64,000 nt of DNA from assembly GCA_016748015.1 (NCBI GenBank), contig JAAOMT010000708.1, forward strand, positions 310,001 to 374,000. Direction: 5' to 3'. The DNA is from Geosiphon pyriformis uo1 (lineage: Eukaryota > Fungi > Glomeromycota). Of this stretch, positions 1 through 14,120 are shown piece after piece (the first letter of the stretch is position 1; every line of letters begins with the position of its first letter). The translations under genes and the position numbers were made by a program. Below the pieces are notes generated by a model. That model ran no database searches and was not told the DNA's origin. It saw only the letters and a program-made list of their open reading frames with translations.

Positions 1-924
1 TATTAAAACTAAGTTTTATTTTTACATCAAACCATAAATTGTAAATAAGTTTTCAGATGTGAAAGTATTTACTTTTGGTTTAAATTCTGAGTATTTGGGT
101 GCTAATATTGTTTTAATTGTAAATAAATATTTAACTAAGCATATTTCTAAAGTTTCAGAAATTTTTAGTAAGCTTTTAATAATCTATTTATTATTTAAAA
201 ACAAACAATCAGTTTTTGTGTTAAAGTTATATGTAAATATATTTTTGAAAAAATATTTGAATTAAAACTGCTGTTATTAATTTTCTTATAGCTTATATAT
301 ACAATAAAAGTTTTTTTGTTATTTTAGATAATGATTTTAATAAAAATAATATTAAATATAGTGTTAGCTTTAAAAAATATGTAGATTTAGGTTTGGTTAA
401 TTTTTTAGTTAGTAGTTGATTTGTTAAGTTTTATATTTAGAAAAATTCTAAAGACATTAAGAAAACTATTAACTTTATTTTTATTTTGCCCAACTTGGTA
501 AATACATTAATTAACAAAAAAGTCACATATATAAATAAATTTTTTAATATTAATTACAATATAGTTTATATTATTGTTGGTTTTAGTGGACTTTTAAATC
601 CAGTTTTGAGATTATTTTACATACAAGCCAATAAAAATTGATGGAAATTTAATATTAAGAATGTTGGTAATATAAAATAAAATTTGTTTAAAATTTTAAT
701 ACTTAATAATATTATTATGTTTATTAATAATTTTGTTGTTGTAAAAAAATTTTAGAATATGAATAGAATATGAAATATTGTTTACAAAGTAGTTTGTTTT
801 TTAGTAAATAAGATACTTTTTAAATCTTGGTTTAAAACCTATATTAGTGTTTTTACAAAATCTTTATTTTATTTTTACAAATTATAAATTTTGATATCTA
901 AATTAATTAAAACATATTGTTTAG
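1..924 (+). pseudogene. Heavily decayed non-LTR retrotransposon (LINE-type) apurinic-like endonuclease (APE/EEP) region
   Basis: ORF 59-265 (KVFTFGLNSEYLGANIVLIVNKYLTKHISKVSEI) and the downstream frame read as a G>A/C>T-eroded APE domain: 'FVILDNDFN' (GGDFN motif), 'KTINFIF' (TIDxIF) and 'FFNINYN' (TDH motif). It is cut at 924 by the 3' end of element K. Confidence 0.65.
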
Positions 925-1878
925 TATTATTAGAAGTTTTTGGTTTTTTTGTTAAAAGTTGTTGTTATTTTTTTACTATTAATTTTTAATTATTGAAAGC
1001 TATTAAACTTCTAATAACTGAATTTATTTTCAAATTATTTTTTATAATTTAAACTGTTAAATTTATAAATAGAATAACCAATTCTGTATTAATTACTTAT
1101 ATAATTACTTTGTAATAAAAGTCAACTTTTTTCCAGAAATACTTGTCTAAAAGCTTATTAAAAGATGTAGTTACTTTGTTATAAAAATCAACTTTTCTAC
1201 AGAAATTTTGTCTATAAACTATTCTAATGTATTTTTTTTAAAAAAAAAAAATGTAAAAAAAAAATTTTGTTAAGAAATTGTTTTCTGTTTAAACTTAAAA
1301 TTACTAACAAATTACTGAAATTAGTAGCTAATTAATTTCAAAACATTGGTTAAAATTTGGAATATTTTAAGCAAAAATAATTATAAATTTGTTGTTTTCA
1401 ATGTAGTTTTTATTAGAATGATTTGTATAAATACTAAAGAAGATATTTTTAATAAAGATAAATTCTAGCTAAAATATATTTTCTTAAAAAAAAAAGCTCT
1501 TTTTTTATATAACTTATTATAATACTAATCTATGAACTTATACTTTTTTTTGCTATTATTTTATTAAATTAAAGATATATTTTGGCAAATTACAAGTTAT
1601 TTTTATGAACCATTTGGTATTTTGATAAATTATTAATTATTTTGACGAATTTTTACAAATTTCAGCAAATTATTTAAATATTATATAGTTTAAAGTATTA
1701 TGTAATTTAATTATTATAATCTGTGTATTATACAAATTAGATTATTAATTAAATAGTAATTCAGACAATTTAATAAAATAATAAGTAATAAATTAAAATA
1801 ATAATATATATTAATTAATGATAAAAATTATAAAAATATTTTTATGCTAAATAATATTTTAAATTTTTATTAATAACA
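925..1878 (-). repeat. 3' LTR of element K (D-family)
   Basis: Ends match the reverse complement of the D LTR (35647-36628). A PPT relic (revcomp gaagaggaaatta) lies immediately at 1879-1892. Confidence 0.8.
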
Positions 1879-4800
1879 TAATTTCCTCTTCAAAACTAAG
1901 CTTTATCGAAATTTAAATATTATTTATAATGTTTAGATAATAATTCAAAATTATCAAAGTAATTTAGTTTGAAAATTATTGAAATTTCAGTTTTATAAGC
2001 TTGTTAATATATTGAATTTTTATTGATTAAAGTATTAAATTTTGTAAAACATTTTCACAAATATTAAATAGATTATGAAGTCTAAAAGCTGTTTTAAATC
2101 TATAGTAAATATTTGTTAATTTAGTTGTTGTCTTGAATTTGTTGTATATTTGTTTTTGTATAATTTTGGAAATAAGATCAGTTGCTTTGAATTTTAATTT
2201 TCATTAATAGAGTGTTTTCTTAATATGAAAATACTAATAAATAAAAGTATATTCACTGTTTTTATTAAAATATAGTTGAAGTTTTTTTTGTGTTGTGGTT
2301 TTTAAAAAAATGTCAATAGAAATAAACAATAAGTTTTTTTTAAAGCTTGTTTTTAAAGTTCTGATAAATAACTTTCAGAATAACTTCTTGTGTTTTTTCT
2401 ATAAAAGTAATAACTCTAAGAATTGTTTACTACTAAAACTGTAGTTTTTTTTAGAGTATAATTAATTTGACTTCCATTAATTGTTATAAATAAATCAAAA
2501 AATGTTTTTAAAGCTAATATTAATTTTTAAGATATTTATTAAATATTTTAGGAAATAATCATTATAAAATTTTTAAATTAAAATATAAATTATAATATAA
2601 AATAAAATAATTTTTGGTATAATAGTTTTTATATATTTTTGTTAATTATTTTACTATTTTTGTTTAATGTTTTTGTGTTATTAACAAAAAATATAATTAA
2701 TAAAATTAAATATTTAGATTTGATTGTTGTTTTATTACAATTATTGGTTTTAAGTTTTGAAGAATATCTTTAAAGTTAATTAAAAAAATATATATATTAA
2801 TTTGTGGAATTAATTTAAAATTGGTTTTAAAATAATAATGTTTTAATTAATTTTTATATGCAATTTTTGTTAATATTTTGTTATCAAGTCTTAATTTATA
2901 TAATCTATTGCCTAGAACTTTGTAAATATAGAATGATTTATTTTATTTATAATCAAATTTTTTATTTTATTGTTTTTTAATCTTAATTTTGTATAAAAAA
3001 ACTTTATTTTCAACTTTAAATTTATTGGTAATAAGTAGTAATTTGTTGTTATGTCATTTTTTTGTTAAGCTTAAGAGTATTTAATATAAATGGCTGTAAT
3101 TTGGCATTTTTTTCTTAGTATGCTAAGAAAAATATAGACTATTTATTAAAGTGTTTTTTAGAAGCTTTTTTCTGTAATTGGTTGTACTAGATATGTAAAA
3201 TTAATTGGTAATATTGCTGTTTTTTTATAAATTAAATCAAATAATATGTGTTTTATAATATCCTGTTTTAGTGTTTTGTATACTAATAATATTAATAGAA
3301 TAAAAATATTTTATTTTTATTCAAAATTAGCTAAGACTTTGGTTAATGATTTACATAATGTTTAATTAAATTATTTTACAAACTTATTTGTTTATAAGTA
3401 ATAAAATGAAAAAAATAGTCATTAAATATTGAATTATTCACAAATTTTTTGTATTAAGTTGTTCACAAAATGTGTTATTTTATTAAATAAAAGTTTAATT
3501 AAACATTTGTGCTTATAAATAATGTTTTTATAAATAAAATTTGCTACCAATTTTGCATTTGTTTTTTGAATAATTTTGGGTTTAGATTATTTGGTAAAAT
3601 AATTTACTATAACTACAATATAACAGTTTTTTTGCTTAAGAGTAATATTTAAGTTTAAAAAAAAGATGTGTTTTATAATTTTGATAAAATTAAAAACTGT
3701 TTATAAAGTTTTTTCTTGAAAAATATTGCTATATATAATTCCAATTTCTAATTTATTTAATAAAATAATAAGATAATTATTAAGATTGTAAAATGTAATT
3801 TGAAACTTTTTTATTTTTTTAAAATATAAATATTTAGAATCAAAATTTTATGCTTTAGACAGATTTGTTTACTTAATTCAAAAATTTGTTGTGTAATAGT
3901 AGGTTTTAGGCAAGTGTATATTTTATGATATTTTCCAAAAGATGAAATAGTAATTAGTTGAAAAAGTCAAAAAATCTGGTAAAATTTATTCTGTCTATTA
4001 AGAACTATATTTATTAAGACTATAAATCGTTTAATTAAACCAAAATCTTGAGTTTTTTTGTTACATTTGCCTAATTGTTTTTTTTAATTAACTGATTATA
4101 AATTCAAAATATTGATTAAAAATAAATAAATAACTTAAATAATTTTTTCAGCATGCTCAAATTTTATAGTTTATTGATTTTATTTTGTAACATAATTGAA
4201 TATCTTTAATGTATTTTGTATTAATAACTTTTTCTTTAATATTAATTTTTTTGCTTGTCAATAATAATTATAAAGCAATTTGTATTATTGTTCTAATAGA
4301 ATTTTAAAAACAATTTTTAAATTGATTTTTGTTAAGAACTTTAATTAAAAAATTAAAGTATCTTTATTAGAATATTGTAAGTTATATCTTGTATTAATTT
4401 TATAAGTTTTTTTTGGTTTAATTCCTTGTTTATTGTTGTTAAAATATTTAAGTTGTAAAGTTAATTGGTTTTTGAGTAGGTAAATTGGTATTATTAATAA
4501 TTTTTTTTCTAATTCAGGTTTTTCAAATTTAATTTTGTATTTATTATTTTTAATGAGCAATAATATGCTAAAAACATAACAATTTAGATACTATTAATTA
4601 TTACAAGGCATAACATATTTTTTGTACAGTTAAATATTTATTTGTTTTTATTATTAAATTTGAGTTTTTTTAATTAAGTAGATATAACTTGTGATTTAAT
4701 AGTATACTTCTACTTTATTTTTATAGTTATATTCAGCAATTTCAAAAGTATATTTAATGTATTCTGCTTTTTTTATTTGTTTAATATCTTCTTGGGTGGT

Positions 4801-7125
4801 TTTATTGATTAATATCATAGCTAAATTATAGATTATTTTGGTATTATATAAGTAATAATAAAGTTTATTAAAGCACTATTATATACTGTATTAAAAAGAG
4901 TTATTTTTTTTATTTTTTTAGAAATTAATAAAACATATTAATAGATTTAATAGCATATTTTTTTTTATAGAAATGTTAATCCAGTTGTATTCTTCTGAAA
5001 GCAATTTTTCACATGTTAAACAGAGTGTTTAATCTTATTTTTTGCTTTTTTTGGGATATTTAAATCATTTTTTGTAGCAGGCTTTGCAGTAATAATAAGT
5101 GTGATGCTCATATTTTTTTGAATATAAATAAGCTTTCATAAATAAAAGTTTTTTTTTGTAGTTTTTGTATTTAAGTAGAATATATACCACTTTTTTTTTG
5201 GTTCTTGTTTAAAATAATTGGCAATATTCTAATTACTGGTCTTTTTGAAAATTTTTTGTTCAGGTTGTTAATTCAATTGAATAATAATTAAGTAACATAT
5301 AAGTTTTAATAATAAATAGTTCTTTTTTCTTTTTAAATTCTAATAAAAAAACTTTTTCTAAATGTTTTTTGAAAATACTACAAATAGCAGATATTCAAAT
5401 ATATTGTTCTTGATATAAAATCTTTAATTCTTGAGGTTTTCAATTTAAATTTGCATTAGTTTTGAAAAACCAATTGTTTTTGATTAAAACTTAATATTAA
5501 AGTACATTAATAATTAAAACTTTGACTAAAATAATAATTCTATCAATTACAAATAAAAAATTGTCAATTTTTTTAATTAAATTTTTTTTATATTATTAAC
5601 AATAACAATGACTGTTTAAGCTAACTTGTTAATAGTTTATTTAAACTATTGTATCAATTGGTAAATAATAATACTTTCAGAAAATCCACTATTTAAGATT
5701 AATCAAATTGTTTTTTTTTAACTTTGGCTTTAATATATATAATTGTAATTGCTTTTTGTTCTGTAACTGTTGTATTGTTAAACAAAAATAATAATTTATT
5801 TGTTTTAAATTCAAATAAGAATATGTTTAATAGATTGGCATTTTTAGCAATTTTGGCTAATAAAATAATATGGCTGTTGTTAAAAAAATTTGTCTTGTTA
5901 TTGCAACTTTATTTTCAAAAAGTACAGTTTGTTAAAAATTTTGTTCTTTGAATATTATTAGATAACTGGATTGAATATAATAGTGTATAAATTTTTGTTA
6001 TGAATTGTTTCAAAAAATTAATTAATTATTAATTCTGTTATTATTTATTAAAAAGCAGTTTTATTATATAAACTGGTTTTCTTGTAAGTATTTAGTACTA
6101 TTAAATTGGTAGTAGCTGTTAATATTGTTGAATCTGTAAAAGTTGTTAGTATTATTGCTGTACTGGCTGTAAAACCAGTTAATATTATTTGTTTTAATAT
6201 TAAAATTTAAGTGAATAATATACTAAAATCAGAAATTAATAATAAAATTGCTATAGTTAAAAATAAAGTTAATTATTTTTTTGTTGCTAATCTCTTTATA
6301 TCTTTCTGCAATTTTGTTTCTAATATCTTAAAATTTTATAATAATAACAGTTTTAAGATTAATTGTTGAATAATAATAGATAGTTATTTTGGTTATATTG
6401 TTGAAATGACTGATATTTCTGTTAGTTAGTAAAATAATTTTTAATTTTTTTGGTAAGTTAATCAATTTTTTTTTTAGCTGCTGAATTGGTTTTTTTAATA
6501 GTAAAATTACAAATTTGGTTTGATTGGCTTCTTTTATAGTTATTTTATATGTTTTGATATATTAATTAATAATAACTAAATTTTTTAGAATATGTGGATA
6601 AATTTTCTTGATAAATTTATTCTTTAATTCAGCATAAATTAATCCAAAATTTGTGTATTAAAGTAATAATTATTAGTTTTTAATTGGTAAATTTATTGAA
6701 AAAGTTTGTTGAACTTTTCAAAATAGATTATAACAAATTTACTAGGTTTTGTTTAATGTTTTAAAACCAATTTTAAAGAGTAATCAAAATGTTGATATTT
6801 GTAAATTGCTTAAAAAAAGCATCTTTAAATGTTTGTCAAGTTTTTGGTAATATTTCTAAATTTCAAACTATTTATCAACAGTTTTTTATAGAAAATAAAA
6901 AATTACTTTTATTATTTTTATTAAAGCCTATCTATTTGTATTTTCTGTTTTTTTAACTTTATTTATCCATTTTTATAGACTAGTTTTAGCATTTTTTCCA
7001 GTAAATTTAAAAATTTTTATGATATAAATAGTTGTTATTTTTTGTTAATTTATTTTTTTTACTTTTTAAGTCTTTTATATAATTACTTGGATTTTTTGTT
7101 AAATAATCAAAAAAATTAGTACTGA
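925..7125 (-). mobile_element. Element K: very degenerate D-family Ty3/Gypsy LTR retrotransposon, 5'-truncated by element A, with internal RT/RNaseH deletion
   Basis: The reverse complement is colinear with element D: gag (~6000-7125), protease (~5400-5800), Cys-rich region, dUTPase (~4030-4450), integrase core/C-terminus (~2700-3620), ORF3 (~1890-2560), PPT and LTR. Confidence 0.85.
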
Positions 7126-9053
7126 TGTTACTTGAGTAGAAAAACCGATCCAAAATTAGAAAAAATGTGACCAGAATGTGACATAATACAGAATAGCATG
7201 CAATAACATTGAATAATGTGTTATAACTTAGGATAGCACAAGATAATGCATTATAATGTAGAATAACACAGAATAACATGTAATAACACTAGATAACATG
7301 TTATAATAGAGGACAACACAAAATAACATGTAATATCACCAGATAATGTGTTATAACATAGGATAACTGAGAATAACGTAGAAGAACAAAGCAATAACAG
7401 AAATAACAAAAGCAATAGTTAGCAATAATGATGTTATGGTTTAAGAATTTAGCAAAAGAATCATAAAAATAATATAAACTATTCAATCATAATATAGTGC
7501 AATAATAATCTTAGAAAGGTAATAATTAACATAGTAGCAAAATACCATCTCGTGATAGTGGCAAGCACCAGTTCACAATAGTAGCAAACACCAGATTGAA
7601 ATATTAAAAAGAAAGTATTACAATGTGTTTTTTTGTAGAACTACAAACATATATATATACAGTAGCTTTAATCTTAAAAAAAGTCAATCAAGTAATAAAA
7701 ATCATAACTTATCAAGCAATAGATATAATTTATCCAACAAACTCCACTTTAAATTGTACTTTTAAATTAAATATCCCAAGAAACTTTTAAATCAAAAAGA
7801 AATGAAAAAGAATATTTAAAACTGAATTATCACAATCCCAAAATAGTAAGAAACTCACTTGTGTTAATTATTAAATAAAACTATCATTCATCAGCTGAAT
7901 CTCTTGAAAAAATAATCTCTGATCAAGATTATTCACATTGTTACTAATTAATAAAAGTTTTATTGTGAGAATTAAGAAAAGTGCTAAAGATCATTAACAT
8001 TTTGTGTTTTTAGATTAGAAAAACACATCAAACAATTGCAAAGATAGCTTCAGAGAAGACTGCAGACAGTGGGTAGATTTCAGCTCAGCCTCTGAGAAGG
8101 AGTACATAAACACACACAACAATCAGAAATTGAGAAATAACTTATATCACAACATTAAAGAAAAAGTCTTTAGTATAACAAGTAGCATTATTACACAAAT
8201 AAAATTAAGAAACTCATGAGAGACTGATTGCAATTAAAATGGAATATTGGCAATTAAATATACCAAGAAAACCATCTCATAACAACAAAACAATCAGAAG
8301 CAATCTTGTAAAACCAAAAGAATGTATAAAAGCAAGTAGTTGTAAAAGAAAAAAGATAGACAGATAGATATAAACCACTAAACAAGAAACAAATATCTAT
8401 CACCCCTCCTCATTTATTATATTTCTATATTCATCTTCTGAAATAAATTAATTATCAAAGAAATCAGAATTATGAATTCATGTTCTCAAACTGTGTGGGA
8501 TTTACATGAATTAACCATTGTTTCATACCTTTGTTTTAGGACAGATGCTTTTAGCATAACCATCTTAGACTATTAACAATTTGGACCAATCACTCTTGAT
8601 CATGGCAATTGATAATACTAATTTATCTTTTTCTTTTCTTTCTTTTCCTTTCTTTCTTATTTTCTTTTGTGGAACAGCAACATAGTAAAATTGACTGTCT
8701 AAGAATAGACTTTGTGATAGCCTGGTAAAAGAGTAAGGCTCCTCCTAAGTTTTGGATATTAATGTTATCTTGTTAGCTTATCAGAAGGGCAAAAAGACAC
8801 CACCAAATCCTAATGACTGCACTCATTAGCTCAAAGAAAAAAGCTCATATTTATGGAAGATGTTGCAATTAATAAAAAATGAACTCTGTGCCTTATAATC
8901 AAAAAACTCAATGGATAAATTCACATCTAAAAATAGACTTTTAGAGACTGATAATTGAGACTAAGCCAACAGAATTACGCAGAAGACACATCACTAATAA
9001 TTGAGAGCACCAAATGTTACTATCTCCATTACCCACCAAGTTTATCCATAACA
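7126..9053 (+). repeat. 5' LTR of element A (interrupted by solo LTR F)
   Basis: Starts TGTTAC, ends ATAACA before TTTGG. Aligns to 54460-55524 once 7432-8288 is removed. Confidence 0.9.
7432..8284 (+). repeat. Solo LTR F (G-family LTR)
   Basis: Homologous to the reverse complement of 26206-27059. Termini TGTTA...ATAACA. Flanks ATGA (7428-7431) and ACAA (8285-8288) both derive from ACGA. Confidence 0.9.
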
Positions 9054-9055
9054 TT

Positions 9056-9071
9056 TGGTGCTCCTTGTAAG
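9056..9071 (+). promoter_or_regulatory. tRNA primer-binding site of element A
   Basis: TGGTGCTCCTTGTAAG, 2 nt after the LTR end. TGG is complementary to tRNA CCA. Confidence 0.8.
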
Positions 9072-9114
9072 ATTATAAATCCACAGAGACAAAGCACCCC
9101 AAAAATACACAAAA

Positions 9115-12100
9115 GTGGTGACTATTGGAACAGTAGGAAAAGACCATTCTCCATATGGAAGAGCACTATTTCAATACTTTTGAAAAGACTTAAGAATACC
9201 AGCAGAAACTGCTTATACAGAAAGTGATTTTTGTAACTATATTAACACAAAAATTGACTGCTTATTAGGCTGCACAACCAACACAGGAAGACTGGGAAAA
9301 CAAATCCATTAAAGCTTATTAGAGTATTCAACAGTCACAACTACCCAAGCAATCACTGAAACTCTGTGCATAATCAATACAGACATTAAATATTACGTGG
9401 CAAAACAATTTCCTTAAGTACAACAATCAGTGGAATTTGATCCTGAGGAATACGAAGACAAATCCAATAACCCTGGAACTGCCCAAGTCAAGTCCACAGT
9501 CAACAAGAAACTAAGATTTTTTTCTCCAACAACCCCATTATACTATCAGACACCCCAAAGTAGAATTGTATTCAACCCACCTCTGGAAACCCAGTCAAAA
9601 ACACCACACACTTCTGGAAATTCATACCTTTAGAATCAACATAGTTGGACCAAATCATTAGGAAAATATGGATTGTTGTTTGGAAATCTCTCCCCAACAC
9701 TTAACAAAACAGACGAAAATACATTAACATGGGAACTACTGCCAACCCAACCATTGACCAAATCATCAACCACCCCCTCTAAAGAAACAGCTATCCTCCA
9801 GCCCATTGGGAAAATTAACAAAGAGAAACAACCAGAATTAGCACCAGAAGAACACTCTAGCACACAAACACTAAACCCCCTGGCATCAATTAGTAAGACT
9901 TCATCTACTCACCAAATTATGGCTTACTGAGATATCACCAAATTAGAGAAATTCTTTGGTGAAGAAGATGACACATATATATAGATCACAGAAGCTGAGA
10001 AAGCCATCACCACCAACAATTAGGATAATGATAGGACTATTTAAATGTTGCCATTCTTTCTGACTAGAACCATAGACTCATAATATCAAAGCCTTGCAGA
10101 GAAACCAACCAACTTTGCCATCTTTAAACTTGTCTTTCCACAATATTTTTGTGACCCCAACACTTTCATCAGATTACAAAATCAGTTCAGTATTATAAAA
10201 CAAAAAGACCATGAAGCAGTAATCACTTATCTTGAACAATTCAACCAAATTTTTTGTCAAATCCAGACCATTGAAAGGAATTACTACACTGTGGCACAAA
10301 TTTTTAACCAATTCATCAAAGGATTAAAAAGCAGTCTCCTTTGATTTGTAAGACCCCACCATCCAACAAACCTACAAAAAGCAGTTACTTTTGCTCATGA
10401 CTTTGAGTCAGCAAAACAAGAGACTAACCATACTCAAGCCATTAATCTGGCTATTAATAGAACATCTGATATCAACACAAAAATAATTCAATTAAGTGAG
10501 AAATTAATTCACAAAATTGAGAAATTTTTAGCTGGTACTGTAGGACCCTACCAACTACCACAACAAAAGGATAGTAATAATACCAGATACCAAAAACAAC
10601 AGAATTGCCAACAACAACAACAACCTTGAAGATCCAATTCCCGCAATTGTTACTATTGCTAGAAACCTGAACACATCATCCAGAACTGCCATAAGAAAGT
10701 AATGAACCAAAACCAAAGAAATCAATATTAGCACCCAAGATATTCTTAAAACATAATATTCCAATACCTTATGTCTCAATATCAACCACCTCAATACTCA
10801 CAACAAATGCAATATACCCAGCAATTACCTCAGACCTACTACCAGTCTTCAAAGCCAATGACTCAAGCAGCACTCCAGCACCAAAGCCTTGTTAATAGCC
10901 AACTTAGACATCATGTGATTGATTACAACCAAGGATGAAAGAACTCTAACAACAATCAGAGGCCAACTAACAGTGTACTATTACAATCCCTAAATTGTAG
11001 TAATGCCCTGTCTTAACCAGCACCAACCAGATATCCTAACCAAGCCTCATATTTTGGTCTCACTGAAAATCAGAATTTTTATAGTTCTACATCTTTAGAA
11101 AGGAAGGATGTAGAAGAGACTTCCACCCCTTTAAGGCGAAATCAAATCAACAATACTATTTTACTCACTATCATTACCAAAGACACCACCCTTGCTGCCA
11201 TATTTTCCTTTAACATTGACTACCTGAACACCACTAGCCTTTTCAGTGGAGCTGCTATTAATCAAGATAAACCAATTATGGCTTTGTACACCAATGCTAG
11301 AGTTGAGAACATAGATATTAAGTTAATTCTAGACAGTGGTTCAGCAGGCAGTATAATAACAAAACAACTCATGGATCAATTAGATTACCAAATAGATCAT
11401 GCTGCAACTGCTCGAATTATCACTGCAGATGGCAATATCAAGATTCTTATTGGAGAAATCGATAATTTTCTTTTCGAGATCAATGGAATCCAAATTCCTA
11501 TTAAAGTCCTGGTCATGGAAGCCACGCAATATCAAGCCCTCATTGGAAATGACTGGTTGGCCAAAGCCCATGCCACTCTTGACTGGAACACACAGGAATT
11601 ACAGATCACCTTTAATGAACAACATGCCCAAGTCCCGGCTATGTGCAAACACTTTCAAGTTCAAAGCTCAAAGGAACCACTAATTGAATTTGAAGACACA
11701 ACACTACCACCAACCATAGAAATTTATCAGGTTTTGTGGGCAGATGATTTCCGAACAGAGTTACTTCCACCACCAACTTGGGAAGAAAAAAAAAAGGGAA
11801 AAGCAGAAGAAAAACTATAATCAGCACTTGCAGGCTATTTTACCTCAATTCAAGAAAGTCAATGTTATCAAATCCTGAAATTAAACTGTATCAACTATGG
11901 GAAAAAGTTATTCTTCATGAGTGTATGTATAGAAGATAATGAAGAATGGCCAACCACCACAAAATACTATTGCAGACCATGCATAATGGAAAGATTTGGA
12001 AAACCGAAATGACAATGCAAATAGGACAGTACACCATGCCTTGCCTGTGACAAGATCCTGCCAGATAAAGAATTCTGAAATAATGTACCTGGCAGAGGAA

Positions 12101-14120
12101 GAACATGTGACAAAGTGTGTCAATATACCATCTTGATCAATGATTGGATATGAAAAGGAAACCCAATCAAGGATGCCTGAAGATGAGCACTCAATCGATT
12201 GGATGGTTATTTGCATGATAAGCACAAAATATGGAGAATGGTCAATGCCAAAGCCAGAGGTGCCACACTCAGCGAAATATGAGAAATCAAAGAAAATCTA
12301 TTTGTACCTGAATATGATAGATCCAATTATCTTATTAAAGATTTCTTTATGGATGACTCAGATGCATTTCAGGACCATTACCAAGAATTGGTCCTGACTT
12401 GAGAAAAACAAGAACAAAGACTAGCTGACTTAAATACCAAACTGTGTGATCATTGTTTAATTTCTTGTCATTTCCAGTACTGCGACAAATGTGATTTCAT
12501 GTTTAATCCACCTCCAAGAATACTGTTCTCAATCACTGAACTACTTGAGCTTGAAGAAGAAAAGAAATTGATCATCAAGAACACATTATTTCAAAATCCA
12601 ACTGAGGAGACCAAAACAGAACAGTATCTTACATATCCCGACCTATCCAAAGAACTAAAGCTAAAATGGTACAGTGACAATGAAGAAAAAATTTGCCCCA
12701 AAAAAGCACATGACACTAATGCTAGTTTTGACCTATAATACTCTGGACAATCATCCATCATTATAGCTTCACATTCCCTTGTAAAAATAAATCTTAAGAT
12801 AATGTTAGAAATTCCTATTAGTACAATGGTACAAGTTGTTTTTCAATCTAGTCTACCCAAGAAAAGAATCGACATAAAAGAAGGAATTATCAATGCTGGT
12901 TACACAGGAAACATTATTGTAATGTTACAGAACAATTCAGACCAATCCTACAAAATAAAATTACAAGAAAAGATTGCCCAAGCTATCTTCCTACTCCTAG
13001 TCAAAATACTCCAATTAACTCTAGTAACAACTCAAGTAGAATTAGGTCTCACTGCCTGAGGAATTAACAAGTTTGAATCAAGTAAAAGAGGAAATATACC
13101 AATCAACTTCATGAAAAAAGACAGTGACCAGGTAGAACTTATCTACACTGACACAGTCATCTCTATTTGTCCTTACCAATAATATCTCCTCAAGGTGAAT
13201 TGAAAGATCCAAGATCAAGCCCTGTTATTTGAAGTCAATCCTGAAATCTGTTCTCTAGCTGATGTTGCTAACTTATATCTACCAGCCAAAGCCCATAAAC
13301 ACTTCAAAATCCCTATCCACAATCCCACAGAAGATGTGATTGAAATCCCCAAAGGAATTCTCATTGGTTCCATCTCACCAAACATTCAACATCCTGAAAA
13401 ACTCCAGTTCATTCCAGATTTCACACAGCTATTCCTATTTTGTAACATCACCTTACAAGTATAAAATTTGCCAAAAGAAAGTTACTTGTTTACACCAGAG
13501 GAGATCCATAAATTAAATTTAGGAAACTTAAGTACCCTATAACAAATGCAATTTAAAGTCCTTTTGAATCAGTATGCCAATGTCTTTGTCAGCAAAAATG
13601 AGTTTGGATATACTGACATCGTAAAGCATCAGATTGATACAGGAGATGCTCGATCTATTAAACAACAAGCTTACTGAGTACTCTTATCTGGTGACAATCT
13701 TATCAAACAAAAAGTCCAATAAATGTTCAACAACGGCCTGATCAAAGAATCATTAAGCCCTTGGTCCTCCCCAGTAGTCTTGGTCATCAAGAAAAATAGA
13801 AAGATGCAATTCTGCATAGATTACCAAAAACTAAATAGTATTATGCAAGGAGATAGTTATTCCATTTCTCTTATCTAAGAAATTCTGGACAATTTAGGGA
13901 AAAAAAAATGGTTCTCGTTATTAAATTTAGCAAGTGGTTACTGGCAAGTTGAAATGAACCCCAAAGACAAAGAAAAAACAGTATTCACTACTCGAGATGG
14001 AAACTTTGAGTTTAACATAATGCCTTTTAGACTTTGTAATATTCCTGCCACATTCCAGCACTTTATGGATATTGTATATAAAGAAATCCTATGGAAATCA
14101 GTTGTAATATATCTAGATGA
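9115..14120 (+). pseudogene. Element A gag-protease-Cys domain-dUTPase-RT (N-part), many nonsense mutations
   Basis: Capsid-like region ~9920-10450, protease LILDSGSAGS (ORF 11278), dUTPase ASFDL/GIINAGYTG/IAQ (12660-13085), RT ending at YLDD 14109-14120. Confidence 0.9.

Noticed and set aside
925-3060. Similarity of 925-3060 to 61797-64000 as a segmental duplication or the two LTRs of one giant element
   Set aside because: Both are 3' LTRs with their own PPT, ORF3 and integrase end and have different flanks, so they are independent insertions of one family.
7007-7486. Hydrophobic minus-strand ORFs repeated at 54353-54874
   Set aside because: They are translations of the A-LTR tandem array and recur only because the LTR is duplicated.
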